DNA of 64,000 bases from contig JAANOX010000063.1 in NCBI GenBank assembly GCA_020184695.1, forward strand, positions 62,001 through 126,000, read 5' to 3'. The DNA comes from Histomonas meleagridis 2922-C6/04-290x (lineage: Eukaryota; Protista; Parabasalia). Under the pieces are notes generated by a model that was not told the origin of the DNA, searched no databases, and saw nothing but the letters and a program-made list of their open reading frames with translations. Positions 23,013 to 34,591 of this stretch are shown piece by piece (position 1 is the stretch's first letter; every line of letters begins with the position of its first letter). The translations under genes and the position numbers were made by a program.

Positions 23013-24958
23013 ATGTCAGCTATAGGTATTGATTTAGGCACAACATACAGTTGTGTTGGTGTTTTCAGACACAATCGTGTTGATATTATAGCGAATGATA
23101 TGGGTAATCGTACAACACCGTCTTATGTTGCATTTACAGAAGATGAACGACTTGTTGGTGATGCCGCAAAGAACCAAGCAGCCATGAATCCAACAAACAC
23201 AGTATTTGATGCCAAACGTATGATAGGACGTAAGTTTAGTGATCCAGTTGTCCAAAAAGATATGCAACATTGGCCATTTAAAGTTGTTCGTGGTGAATCA
23301 GATCGTCCAAGGATTCAAGTTCAATGGAAAGGCGAAACGAAACAATTTTATCCGGAAGAAATCTCAGCTATGGTATTAGGTAAAATGAAAGAGATTGCAG
23401 AAAGTCAACTTACAGAAAAAGTCAAAGATGCAGTTATTACAGTTCCAGCATATTTCAATGATGGTCAACGTCAAGCCACAAAAGATGCCGGTGTTATTGC
23501 CGGATTAAATGTATTACGTATTATTAATGAGCCAACAGCGGCTGCAATTGCATTTGGTCTTAATGAGAAATCCGATAAAGAGCGTCATGTTCTTATCTTT
23601 GATCTTGGTGGCGGTACATTTGATGTTTCATTACTTGATATTGATGGCGGTATGTTTGAAGTTCGTGCCACAGCAGGCGATACACATCTTGGCGGAGAAG
23701 ACTTTGATAATCGTATGGTTAATTACTTTGCAGATCGATTCCAAAAGAAATTCAAATGTGATTTAAGACAATCGCCACGTGCATTACGTACATTACGAAC
23801 AGCATGCGAACGAGCTAAGCGAACATTATCCACAGCCACATCCGCATCCATTGTTTGTGATTCATTATATGAAGGCCATGATTTCATGGATAACATTTCA
23901 CGTGCAATGTTTGAGAACTTAAATGATGAATTATTTAGATCGACGATGACACCAGTTGCACAAGTATTAAGGGATGCGAACATGTCGAAGTCAGATGTCA
24001 CCGATATAGTTTTAGTTGGAGGTTCGTCACGTATTCCACGTGTTCAACAATTGTTACAAGACTTCTTCAATGGTAAGCAGCCATGCCGTGGTGTTGATCC
24101 AGATGAAGCAGTTGCATATGGCGCAGCAGTGCAAGCAGCAATTATCAAAGGTGATACATCAGATACAGTGAAAGATATTTTATTGTTAGATGTTGCACCA
24201 CTTTCATTAGGTATCGAAACAGCTGGCGGAATGATGACAGTTCTGATTCCACGTAACACGACAATTCCAGCGAAGAAGTCAAATGTCTTCACGACGTTCT
24301 CAGATAACCAACCAGCAGTTACAATCAAAGTTTATGAAGGAGAACGTTCTCGAACATGCGACAACAACTTACTTGGCACATTTGATTTAACAGGTATTCC
24401 GCCAGCACCACGCGGCGTACCACAGATTGAAGTTACATTCGATGTTAACGCTGATGGTATTATGAATGTTTCGGCACAAGATAAGTCGACAGGTAACGTG
24501 AAGAAGATTACGATTAAGAATGAGAAAGGACGTCTTTCACAAGCAGATATCGACAAAAATGGTTGCAGACGCAGAGAAGTACAAAGCACAAGATGAAGAA
24601 GTACGTAAGAAGGTGGAAGCTAAGAATGCACTCGAAGGATACTGCTTCGGCGTACGCAACTCATTAAATCAAGAACAGTTCGCTAACGCATTGTCACAAT
24701 CAGATAAGGACACAATCAACAAGGAAATCAATGACACGCTCGCATGGATCGAGTCTAACCAAGACGCAGATGTCGCTACAATCGAAGCTAAGCAGAAGGA
24801 ACTTGAAGGCAAACTGATGCCAATTATGCAATCAGCTTATCAACATGCAGCAGGGGGGCGCACAAGGCGGAATGCCAGGCGCGAACATGCAAGGAGGAAG
24901 TGGATCATCAGCAAATAGTGGACATTCATCAGGACCACGTGTTGAAGAAGTTGATTAA
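23013..24958 (+). CDS. HSP70: Cytosolic Hsp70, right copy (two 1-nt frameshifts near the 3' end)
   Basis: Full NBD and SBD motifs, ending GPRVEEVD*. Confidence 0.95.
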
Positions 24959-25770
24959 ATGAATGAATAAAATGTAATACAATGAATAATTTTCTATGTT
25001 TATTTTAATAAATATTCATTTTAAATTTTAGCATTGCAATTGTTTTATGAAAATGTTACACAGTATTTAATAATTTGGAATTGAAAAATTATCTCTGATG
25101 TATTAAAAGCATATCATGGAAATTGTGATAAACTTTAACTTAAAATATTAATTCGTTATATTATTTGTTACTTTACAAAAATATCATTATCATTTTAACC
25201 TTTCATATTTTGATAAAGCTTAAGTATAATTAAAATTATGCCATTTATTTGAAACCTAATAATTCAACAAAATATGCGTGAAGACATTAGCATATTGTTT
25301 TTGAAACAAATTGAAATTTTTTAGAAATGCAACCAATAGGAATTTCCATCCTTTTGAAATAAAATAAATATGTAAAAAAATTAAAATTTTAAAGCGCACA
25401 TGGTTTATTTCTATTAATTATTTTTATATTAAATCTTTGGTTCTTCTCTAGATTTAAAAGCGGAATATATTAATTTGCAAACAAGTAACTCAAAAGAATA
25501 TGGAATTTTTTTATCAAATAAATCAATCAATCTTTGCTTGTACCTGATTCTCGAGATTTGCTTCATTTAACCAGAAGATTATGTTTTCAAGTTCACGAGG
25601 AATTATTTTATCAATCGATTTATTGGATTTCATATTTTATTAATGAAATTCAGTAATATAATGATTAAAATGAACAGAAAAAAATATTTTACGATTCAGA
25701 ACCCCTTAAACCCACATGAAGTGCACTTTTTAGTAAATTTTAACAACAAAATATTATTTATAAAAATAAA

Positions 25771-26856
25771 ATGGAATCTAATGAACCACAGAATGAGTGG
25801 GAAACACTCCAAAAAATTGAAGAGATAATTTTTAATCTAAATAGTGAAAATATTTCACAATCTATAGAATCTTTAATTGATAAGATAAATATTAAACAAT
25901 CATTCTTTTTTAATAAAATTATTAGTCAAATTATATATTTATCATTTATAATACAAAATAATAAATTAAATACATAACTAAGTTTATTGAAAGAAATTGA
26001 AGCTTATGAAAAATTTCATCAAAGCGAATCCGATATTTTTGAAGTTTTTATAGAGATTCTTCTATCAAGAAAAGCACAAGAATCATATTATCTTCTTGAA
26101 AAAATGATTGAACAAAATTTATTCAATCCAAAAATATGTAAAACGCCAAAAGTTCCATATTTTGTTCAATATATATCAGATGAAGAAATAAGAGATGAAA
26201 AATATTTCAATATTATAAAACCAATCATCAAAAATTATGGTGAACTATCAAAGAATGATTGGGCACTTCATAAACAATTAATTAAAGAAGGAGTTAATCC
26301 AAATGAAATTGCTAAAATTATTCGAAATGATGAAATCGAAAAACTCCAAGAAATATCATCACAAAATAATTTTAATTTCAATCAAATAATTGAACCCTCA
26401 ATTTATGAAAGATGTTCATTTATTAATGAAGAATATGTATCATTGATTGATTATTCAGCATTTTTTGGCTCAATAAAATGTTTTAAATATTTATTATTAA
26501 ATAATGCTAATTTATATATTACAGGTAATTATGCAATTGCAGGTGGGAATCTTGAAATTTTTCATTTATGTGAACAAAGTAATTCATCACTTCCATATGG
26601 ATCTTATGAAATAGCAATTAGATTTCATCGCAACGACATCTTTCATTATGTTTATGAAAAAAAGATTCATAAAATATATTTAGAAGAATTGGGAAAGGAA
26701 TGTGTTTATTATCATAACTATGAAATTTTATCATTTCTAATTGGCGAAGGTATGAAAATTAGTGATTCACTTATCCATTTATCAATCCGTGTTGATAATA
26801 TTTTTCTTACAAAATATTTTTTAAATAAAGTAAAACAAATTCAAAAGGATGTTTAA
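25771..26856 (+). pseudogene. DUF3447/ankyrin-associated protein, right copy (in-frame TAA at 25975)
   Basis: IRNDEIEKLQEI...SLIDYSAFFGSIKCFKYLL...YAIAGGN. It is followed by a decayed ankyrin unit VKLLLKQNKINI, a truncated spacer and TAYLY (26997). Confidence 0.8.
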
Positions 26857-27302
26857 CGAAACATCATCATGAAGAAAGTTAATGTTAACAATACTTAGTA
26901 TTTGTTAAATTGCTTCTTAAACAAAATAAAATAAATATTCAAAGATTTTATTTAGTATTTCAATATAATATTTGGAAATTATTCAAATTGTCTAAAACTG
27001 CATATCTTTATGATTAAAAATAAATTTCTTTATAGGGATGAGAGAGAAAATAAGTTCTTTTTTTCTTCACATATTCAAATGATAACAAAAACTTATAAAA
27101 TACATTAATAAATGTTTTTGGATAAGAAATTAAAAATATTTCAACTAAAATTTATTGGTACTTTGCAGAATGTTTTTTTTTGTAGATGAATATCGCTTAA
27201 AAATAAACGGATTCACCCACACCATCCACTTTTTCAGAGTCTGTCATTTTCAATTGCAATAACCAGCGCACTTTTTTATAGTTCTGTTGGAACTGTAATA
27301 AA

Positions 27303-29294
27303 ATGGCGCAAAGAGCGCTCAACGCATTAATTCGACCTCCCAGAGCAAAATACGATTATACCGAAATGTCTCTTTGCCTTACAGTTGAAGGCGGTTCAAA
27401 TTTTCTTCGACATCCTGTTACTTTTACAAATTTACGTGGACAAAAATTAGTCGGATCAATTTATCACTCAGCAAAATTCTCTCCCTTAAATGGAGGTCCC
27501 TGTATTATATATCTTCATGGAAATGCTTCATCTCAACTCGAAGGCCAATTTCTAGTTCCTAATTTTTGTCCATATGGAATTTTTGTTTTTTGTTTTGATT
27601 TTGCTGGATGCGGTTGTAGTGATGGAGAATATGTTTCGCTTGGCTATTATGAACAACAAGATACAGAATTTCTTATCGACGTTTTAAACAAGACTTTTAA
27701 GTTAGGTCCATTCGTTCTTTGGGGGCGTTCGATGGGAGCATCTACAGCTCTTCTAGTTCAAAATCCGCTTGTTCTAGGAAAAGTATCAGACTCTTCTTTT
27801 ACATCTATTCAAGATATGTGCACAGCTATTGCCACATCAATGAAATTTCCTTCAGTCTTTGTTTCTATGGCTATTTGGTATCTCCGAAAGAAAGTTGTAT
27901 CTGTTGCTAATTTCAATATTGATGAGGTTTCACCTCTTATTGCCTCTAAAAGCCCCAACCAAGTTCCGGTAGTATTTGGACATGCAGAAAATGATCAATT
28001 TATCCCATATGAACAATGTAAGGCATTGTATTCAAGCTATAATAGTAAATTCAAATATATAATGCAACTTCCTGGAGGACATAATAGTCGACGTAGATCT
28101 GCGTGGATTACACTTGGCGTTCTTTTTGCTTTTGAGCAACTTGGAATTCCATCAGATAATGTGGTAATTTCAGAATGTCGCAAACTCCAACAAAGCACAT
28201 TCCACTTTTCTTCATTTGACGCAATGGTTCAACTTGCTCCTGAGGTCAACGATAACACGATTCTTCGTCAGTACCAAATCGAACAACATCAAAATTCGGG
28301 CCACCCCGAAAATCCGAACGAAGCTTCTGAAATTCCACCAACGCCTCCGCCTCATTCCAAAAAGAAGAGGACACACTCACACTCAGTGAGGAGTCCAAAG
28401 GCAACAAGGTCCAAGACTATAATAAAGAGAAGGAGAAAGAGACATAATTCCCGAGCATCAATGATTAATATGAATCTGGTTCACGATAGTTCACCACAAC
28501 CTATTCAGTGCAATGAAAGCAAAACTGAAGAAGGATCAGTTCCAAGAGAAAATGATACATCACAACAAAATGATCAATCAGATGATTTATCACCTTTAGT
28601 TCCAAACGAAACTGATTCGCGTCTTGTTCCTCCTGAAACAATAGAAAGCACAAATCAGAACAATAATTCGAATGATTTGAGCGTATCGCCTCTTGTGCCA
28701 AAGGAAGCAGAAGAAGAAGAAACAAATCAAACCAATGAAACATCGCCTCTGACGCCAAATGATATCGAAGAATCACAAACAGAACTTTCAGCAGAAGAAA
28801 ATCAAAACAAATCAGAAGCAAACTTTTCATCGACAGAAGAAATCCAAATCCCTATTCCCAAACCAAATGAACCATTGGATCACACAGCGACTCAAGAAGC
28901 AACTTCTTCGTCAAATTCGAAGTCTGAAATTGAGCACAATCAAATTCCAAATGAAAAAATTTTAGCTCCTCCTCCTGAAGAGCATAATTCAGAATCAGAT
29001 CAGCAATCACCTAAAGAAGCGCAAACTTCTGAAACGCGCATTGGTATCGAGGAAACGCAAATTCATTCAAAGCATCAACGCGCATCAAAAAAAGTAAACC
29101 ATTCAAAACAGCATCAAACTAAAGAAGCGGGCGGAATGCAAACGCCTGAAGCAATTACAATGGGTGATAATTCCCTTCTGTCAAATGTCACGCTGATGCC
29201 AGTGCCTCTTCCATTAATGTCATTCTCAAAGTCTCCTCTTAGTCAACTGAAACCGCCACCATTGATACCACAACAAAAGAATATACTCAATTGA
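27303..29294 (+). CDS. Alpha/beta hydrolase (S9/ABHD-like) with long acidic disordered C-terminus
   Basis: YLHGN oxyanion motif, nucleophile WGRSMG, Asp in ENDQFIP and His in GGHN. Confidence 0.85.
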   Translation: MAQRALNALIRPPRAKYDYTEMSLCLTVEGGSNFLRHPVTFTNLRGQKLVGSIYHSAKFSPLNGGPCIIYLHGNASSQLEGQFLVPNFCPYGIFVFCFDFAGCGCSDGEYVSLGYYEQQDTEFLIDVLNKTFKLGPFVLWGRSMGASTALLVQNPLVLGKVSDSSFTSIQDMCTAIATSMKFPSVFVSMAIWYLRKKVVSVANFNIDEVSPLIASKSPNQVPVVFGHAENDQFIPYEQCKALYSSYNSKFKYIMQLPGGHNSRRRSAWITLGVLFAFEQLGIPSDNVVISECRKLQQSTFHFSSFDAMVQLAPEVNDNTILRQYQIEQHQNSGHPENPNEASEIPPTPPPHSKKKRTHSHSVRSPKATRSKTIIKRRRKRHNSRASMINMNLVHDSSPQPIQCNESKTEEGSVPRENDTSQQNDQSDDLSPLVPNETDSRLVPPETIESTNQNNNSNDLSVSPLVPKEAEEEETNQTNETSPLTPNDIEESQTELSAEENQNKSEANFSSTEEIQIPIPKPNEPLDHTATQEATSSSNSKSEIEHNQIPNEKILAPPPEEHNSESDQQSPKEAQTSETRIGIEETQIHSKHQRASKKVNHSKQHQTKEAGGMQTPEAITMGDNSLLSNVTLMPVPLPLMSFSKSPLSQLKPPPLIPQQKNILN

Positions 29295-29826
29295 GATAAC
29301 AAAATTGTTTTTTCATATGTTTTTTTGTCTGTTTAATAAAGTTTACGGCATTATTTTTTTTGTTATGTTGCGATTTTAGTAAACGATCACAAAATGGGAT
29401 GCCCCTACAGTTCATAAACATTTTAGCTTGTATCGACCAATCTAATTTTAATAAACTTTTCAAAAATGTAAGACGATAAAAAACTTTTCCCCCGAGAAGA
29501 AAACAATGAAAAGAAAAATTATTCATTCGAAATTAATCAAATTTGTTTTAATAAATTTGTTCGCTTAAGTTTATATTTTGGAAGTTATCAATAAAAACTT
29601 ATTATTTATGAAAATTTCATGATAGTTTTTATTTATATAATCAATTGATTGAGATCTTCATTCATAACAGCTGGCGATAAAAGTGTCATTGGAAGTAATG
29701 CCACAACTACTTCTCTTTTCATTTAATTGGGAAATACTTCAAAGTAATAATGAAATAAACAATGCAAACAACAAACCCATTAACACATAAAAATAAAACG
29801 TATAATAATTTTTATATACAAACAAA

Positions 29827-32800
29827 TCACTTTTCTTTATCCATATTAATTTGCATCACTTTACCAAATTCGTCTGCAATTAGCGCTAAAGGTAATTTAT
29901 CATGAAATGAAGCAGTGGAAACATTTTTAGAACACCACAACGACTTAAGGCAGTTACTTTCTATAGCGAACAAATGTGTTTCATTATCAACATCTAAAAA
30001 AACAAATAACATTTTCAAAATTTTATGTGCAATAATATTTTTGATTTTATTTTTGGACTTATATAAAATTTTAATTTCATTATCCCGATACACGTAAATC
30101 ACAGAATTCTTCACAAATAAAATTGAATTATTTACACCGAGTGTAAAACATTCAATTTTCTGATCGTTTAAAACGTTTTTCATTGAATTATTTTGTAAAT
30201 TGTAACAAATTAAATTACCATTTTCTAATAATAAAAACAAATCATTATCAACTGATTCAAAGCTTTTGATTTTAGAGTCTGTAATAAATTCATTAATTAA
30301 TTTTTCATGTTTTAAATTCCATTTTGAAATAATCGAATTATTTACAATTGTATAAATTTTTTGTTTTTTCCAATGGCCAATATATAACGCATTTATTTTA
30401 CCTATAATTGGTTTAAATATCATTGAATCGTTTTTATTTTTTGGATTTAAAACATGAACAATTTCATTTGTACAATAAACAATAATTTTTCCATTGATTA
30501 TAAAACCAGATTTTATAGCATTTTTCAAATCAAAACTTATAATATTTTTATCTTCTTTCATATAACATAATTTGGAATTTGTTGCAACAAAAATTGAATC
30601 TTTCGCAAAAGTGACAAACTTTATCGGCTCTTCTGAAAATTTGAATTCCGAAAAGCGGTTAATTTCAGAAGTTTTAAATTTTTTGATTTTTTTGTTTTGT
30701 AAATTATTTTCCATAAATTCCTTTGATTGCCATTGTCCTTTTTCTAGAAGTGATCTTAGTGCAATTCTATGAATTATTTGGCATTGATCAAGGTTATTAA
30801 TTTCCATTTGTTCTTTACCAAACACATTAAATGACACAAAACAATTTTTTTTGTTATTAATGAAATTCATCAAATTATTCGAAATCGATTTAATAATTGG
30901 ATGCGGATCACTTGATAATATGTTTAATATGAGATAAGAATATACATACGAATTATTAACAAATTTTTTGTCTTTACATAATTCATCAATTGCTTCAAAT
31001 AAATTTTTAATATTTATTTCATTAATATGATAAACATTTGTTACAAAAGATGAATATGTATTATAATTATTATCTTCTTTAAGCTCAAAATTATTTCCAA
31101 AGTTAAATGACATTAAAATTTTTTTGATGAATAATAATAATTGAAATCGGACCAAATATGATGCATCTTGAATCAAGGGTAAAACTAACATTATTAATTG
31201 ACTATTAATCTTTGATTCATATGGTTGAATAAATGTTATTAATGTTGATATTGAAGCTGATCGTATTAATGGATTTTTATCAAACAAAAATTTTGATATT
31301 ATGACGTGGAGACCGTTATTTTTGTAAACGGTCAACGACGGCGAAAAAGTGCTAAATGTACGTTTAATAATCATCAAAACCCATAAAATTGTTTCGTAAT
31401 CAGAAGAAGTCTTTAAAACTTCGCAATATTTGTCTATAAATGGTTGGGATATACAACGTTGTTGAATTTGATTATGTGATATTACTATATTTGCAATAAT
31501 TGCAAAACACATTATTTTTAAATTTTCATTTAGATCATTACAAAAAATATTTGATAAAAAATTAATGCAATTCGAACATTGACTTATTTCACCTGCAAAA
31601 TATGGATGAATGTAAAGGAGTTTAAGGATTAGATAACAAAGTGGTTGGAAAAGTTCTGATTTGTTATCTTTAGATAAAAGTTTTAGAAATAATGAATAGA
31701 AAACAGAAGAATTAGATAACATCTTTGATGAGCAGCATTGCTTATTGGCTGCGTATTCGGCAAGGAGAAGAATTGGCCTTTCATTTGATGATTCTGAAAA
31801 AATCATATGGTAAAGAAATGTGAAATGGTATGATTGTATTAGATCAAAATGGTCATTTTGAAGGAAGACTTTGAATGATGTGGCATTTCGCTGAAAGATG
31901 TTTATTGAATTGGATAAAGATGATGATGATGTAATCGAACAAATGGCACTATCAAGGATGATAGACCATTGCTTCCAGAGAGGATGATGACTTAAGTCTG
32001 GAAGTGATGGGTGTGAAACTGGATGAGCACGATATGGATTAAGAAGATATTGAGCTAAAAGAAAATGACGAAAAAGAATAGATGAAAACCTTTCAGATCG
32101 GAATATCTTGTTATATTTTTCTTCTGGAAGGGCGTTCCCTGCGATTGAATCTGTAATAGCTTCAAGTGATAATGATAGTCTACTACCAAGAGGAGTTTTT
32201 AAGTTCCATAAATTAGAATATGGTGAATCTATTGGAAATTGATCACCAACAAGTGATAATCTAAAATATTGTAAAATGTGACATACAACGGCGGTTTTGA
32301 TCGGCGTTAAGATTGTTGATGTTAAAAAATCTTTTGGTAAATGTGGATCATTCGGAAGAAATTCGCCTTCACTAGTTCCACACATACAAAGCCAATCATC
32401 CCAGTTATGATTAGGTTGTTGTTGTTTTAGTTCATTTGTTAGTTGTGTAAAAGTTTGAAGGACAACTCCTGCATTAGAACAATCAAAAATATATAATGAA
32501 GGAGTTGAAATACGAATGAATAAATCCTTTAAATCAAAGCTCTCAAAGTTGGTGCTTCGTTTTTCACTGCACCAGATACAATTGGGTTGAATTGTTGGAA
32601 ATCCATATCCAATATAATGAAATAAAAGTCTGGAAGTTGGAAAGTTTGCTTTCACTGCTGTTAGTGATTCTAATTTTTCTCTTGATGGTGAAGTTATGAT
32701 TTGCAAATTAAGTGATGCACCAAAAAATGAATATAAATTTTTAAAATAATGATTAATAGTTTGTTGAAATTCTGAAGGAAATGCATGATTTATGTCTGAC

Positions 32801-33108
32801 CATGTATATATACAAGGGAATGAAGCTGAATAATCAGATGATGGTTGAGGAAATTGATCAAGATGAGCCAAATTTACAATAACACATTTAGTTGGTTCAC
32901 TATGTATTGAATGCGAATTGCTTTCGATCATGCTAAAGTTAAACAAATCAAACTCTTCATCTTTTGGATGAAATTTTTGAAATTTATTTTTTTCTGGATC
33001 CACCGACAAAATTGAAGAATACTGTGAAAGTGGTATTATCACATCTTCTGTACCAAACATATTATTAGAAAAATTTATGAAGTTTTGTGTTGTTTCATAT
33101 CCAAACAT
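29827..33108 (-). CDS. RPTOR: Raptor/KOG1-like TORC1 subunit
   Basis: Raptor_N motifs RLLFHYIGYGFP, YIFDCSNAG, LPKDFLTS, LFRHFLLAQ and HHPLWKQW, then HEAT repeats with D.SYLVR and a divergent WD40 end. Confidence 0.88.
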   Translation of the reverse strand: MFGYETTQNFINFSNNMFGTEDVIIPLSQYSSILSVDPEKNKFQKFHPKDEEFDLFNFSMIESNSHSIHSEPTKCVIVNLAHLDQFPQPSSDYSASFPCIYTWSDINHAFPSEFQQTINHYFKNLYSFFGASLNLQIITSPSREKLESLTAVKANFPTSRLLFHYIGYGFPTIQPNCIWCSEKRSTNFESFDLKDLFIRISTPSLYIFDCSNAGVVLQTFTQLTNELKQQQPNHNWDDWLCMCGTSEGEFLPNDPHLPKDFLTSTILTPIKTAVVCHILQYFRLSLVGDQFPIDSPYSNLWNLKTPLGSRLSLSLEAITDSIAGNALPEEKYNKIFRSERFSSILFRHFLLAQYLLNPYRAHPVSHPSLPDLSHHPLWKQWSIILDSAICSITSSSSLSNSINIFQRNATSFKVFLQNDHFDLIQSYHFTFLYHMIFSESSNERPILLLAEYAANKQCCSSKMLSNSSVFYSLFLKLLSKDNKSELFQPLCYLILKLLYIHPYFAGEISQCSNCINFLSNIFCNDLNENLKIMCFAIIANIVISHNQIQQRCISQPFIDKYCEVLKTSSDYETILWVLMIIKRTFSTFSPSLTVYKNNGLHVIISKFLFDKNPLIRSASISTLITFIQPYESKINSQLIMLVLPLIQDASYLVRFQLLLFIKKILMSFNFGNNFELKEDNNYNTYSSFVTNVYHINEINIKNLFEAIDELCKDKKFVNNSYVYSYLILNILSSDPHPIIKSISNNLMNFINNKKNCFVSFNVFGKEQMEINNLDQCQIIHRIALRSLLEKGQWQSKEFMENNLQNKKIKKFKTSEINRFSEFKFSEEPIKFVTFAKDSIFVATNSKLCYMKEDKNIISFDLKNAIKSGFIINGKIIVYCTNEIVHVLNPKNKNDSMIFKPIIGKINALYIGHWKKQKIYTIVNNSIISKWNLKHEKLINEFITDSKIKSFESVDNDLFLLLENGNLICYNLQNNSMKNVLNDQKIECFTLGVNNSILFVKNSVIYVYRDNEIKILYKSKNKIKNIIAHKILKMLFVFLDVDNETHLFAIESNCLKSLWCSKNVSTASFHDKLPLALIADEFGKVMQINMDKEK

Positions 33109-33217
33109 TCAAATTCAAAAAAACGGAAAAGTGACAATTTTTTTGTTCAATTTTTTGTTCACCAAAAAAAATAAAAAATAAAAATGAGAATAAAAACCAA
33201 TGCTCTTTTTAGTTGAC

Positions 33218-33760
33218 TTAATTGGCCATTTCCTTATCCATGAACTTACGAGGAGCAAAGCAAATCCACCATTTATCGGCTGTTCCATCTTTGAAAACGA
33301 TGTCCAAAAGACGGTTAGCTGTTTCGTTACGAACAGTCTTAAAGAAAGCAAGAAGGTCTGCCTTTTCAGCATTGCTCTTTGGTGCTGTAACAAGAGATGC
33401 AAGAATGAATCCACCTTCTCCTGGAATTGGGAATGCATTCATGCTCCAGGATTGAATTTCCTTTTGGCACTTAGCCTTATCCTTTGGATTCTTTGCGAAG
33501 AATTTGAGGCATTTCATTGCAAAGAAAGTAATGTAAATAAGAAGACGATCAGCATCATTCTTGATCTTGAAATCACGCATGAAAATGTTTGTACGGAAGT
33601 GGTAAAGTGCTTCATCAACAATATCAAAAGCTGGTGTTGTTTGTCTCTTGGAAGTGTCACGGATTGGAAGAATTGGAATGCCAGCAATAACTGGGGCACC
33701 AGTGTTTATGAAAACAGAGTTCTTTGAGTCTGCAGCTGGTTCAGTAGGAAGCTTGGACAT
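33218..33760 (-). CDS. ARPC3: Arp2/3 complex subunit 3 (p21-Arc)
   Basis: DIVDEALYHFRTNIF, ADRLLIYIT, FPIPGEGGF and DKWWICFAPRKFM. Confidence 0.95.
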   Translation of the reverse strand: MSKLPTEPAADSKNSVFINTGAPVIAGIPILPIRDTSKRQTTPAFDIVDEALYHFRTNIFMRDFKIKNDADRLLIYITFFAMKCLKFFAKNPKDKAKCQKEIQSWSMNAFPIPGEGGFILASLVTAPKSNAEKADLLAFFKTVRNETANRLLDIVFKDGTADKWWICFAPRKFMDKEMAN

Positions 33761-34591
33761 TTAATGTCACTTTTTTGGTTTTGAATCAAATTTTCAGCTT
33801 ACCAAACAGAATTGTCCACAAACGGGCGAAACGTAAAGTAAACAAAAAAGTTATATCATTCTGAATTTTCAATATACAGTAATCACTAAAATAAAAAAAG
33901 TAGCACAAAACAATTTTTAATAATTTATGATTTCGTTAATATATATGAAAATTAATGTTTGAGAATATTGTAATTGAATGCTATCAAAGGGTTAATAAAT
34001 TGCCTTATTTTTTGATTTTTGCTTTTAAATGAATCTTATGATGAAGTTACTTAGATCTTGATGTGTCCATAAGAACTTTTTGTAATTTTTAAATTCATCC
34101 AATTATTATAATGAAGTATTATACAACTTAAAAAAAATGAACAAATAAAATTATCCATCACAGAATTTTAAAAATTCTTTCTATTATACTCAACTACTTT
34201 CATAATTCGCTGAGGTACTTTTATGATATTTTGTTTATGTTTCAAATATTACTATTTATTTCAGGTTCATTTTTAGGATTATGTTTAAAAAAAATAATAC
34301 GATGTATAAACATTAAATTTTAAATTTTTACTAAATTGAACTGTGATATCAAGTACTCAACTGAGTTCATATTAATTCTGTTATTGATATTATTTATCAA
34401 CAAATTACATTTTTCAACAAAAAGTCAGTCAAATAAACATAAATCTTTGTTATTTAACTTTATTTATATTCGAAACATTATACACTTTAATTTGATCACT
34501 TAAACAATGTTCTCTAAACAGAAGCAAACGCCGAATTCCAAAATCCAAAACACGTTTCATGATAATAATTTTTTATTTATTTATTTATTTC

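Larger units (their letters stand above)
18697..26996. repeat. Right arm of ~8.3-kb inverted segmental duplication
   Basis: Reverse complement of 2092-10489, with synonymous SNPs in Hsp70 and several indels between the arms. Confidence 0.97.

Noticed and set aside
4091-24958. Programmed frameshifting in Hsp70, Myb, eIF3i and DUF3447 genes
   Set aside because: The shifts sit in homopolymers and differ between the two arms, each copy being intact where the other is broken. This is typical of long-read consensus error in a poorly polished repeat.
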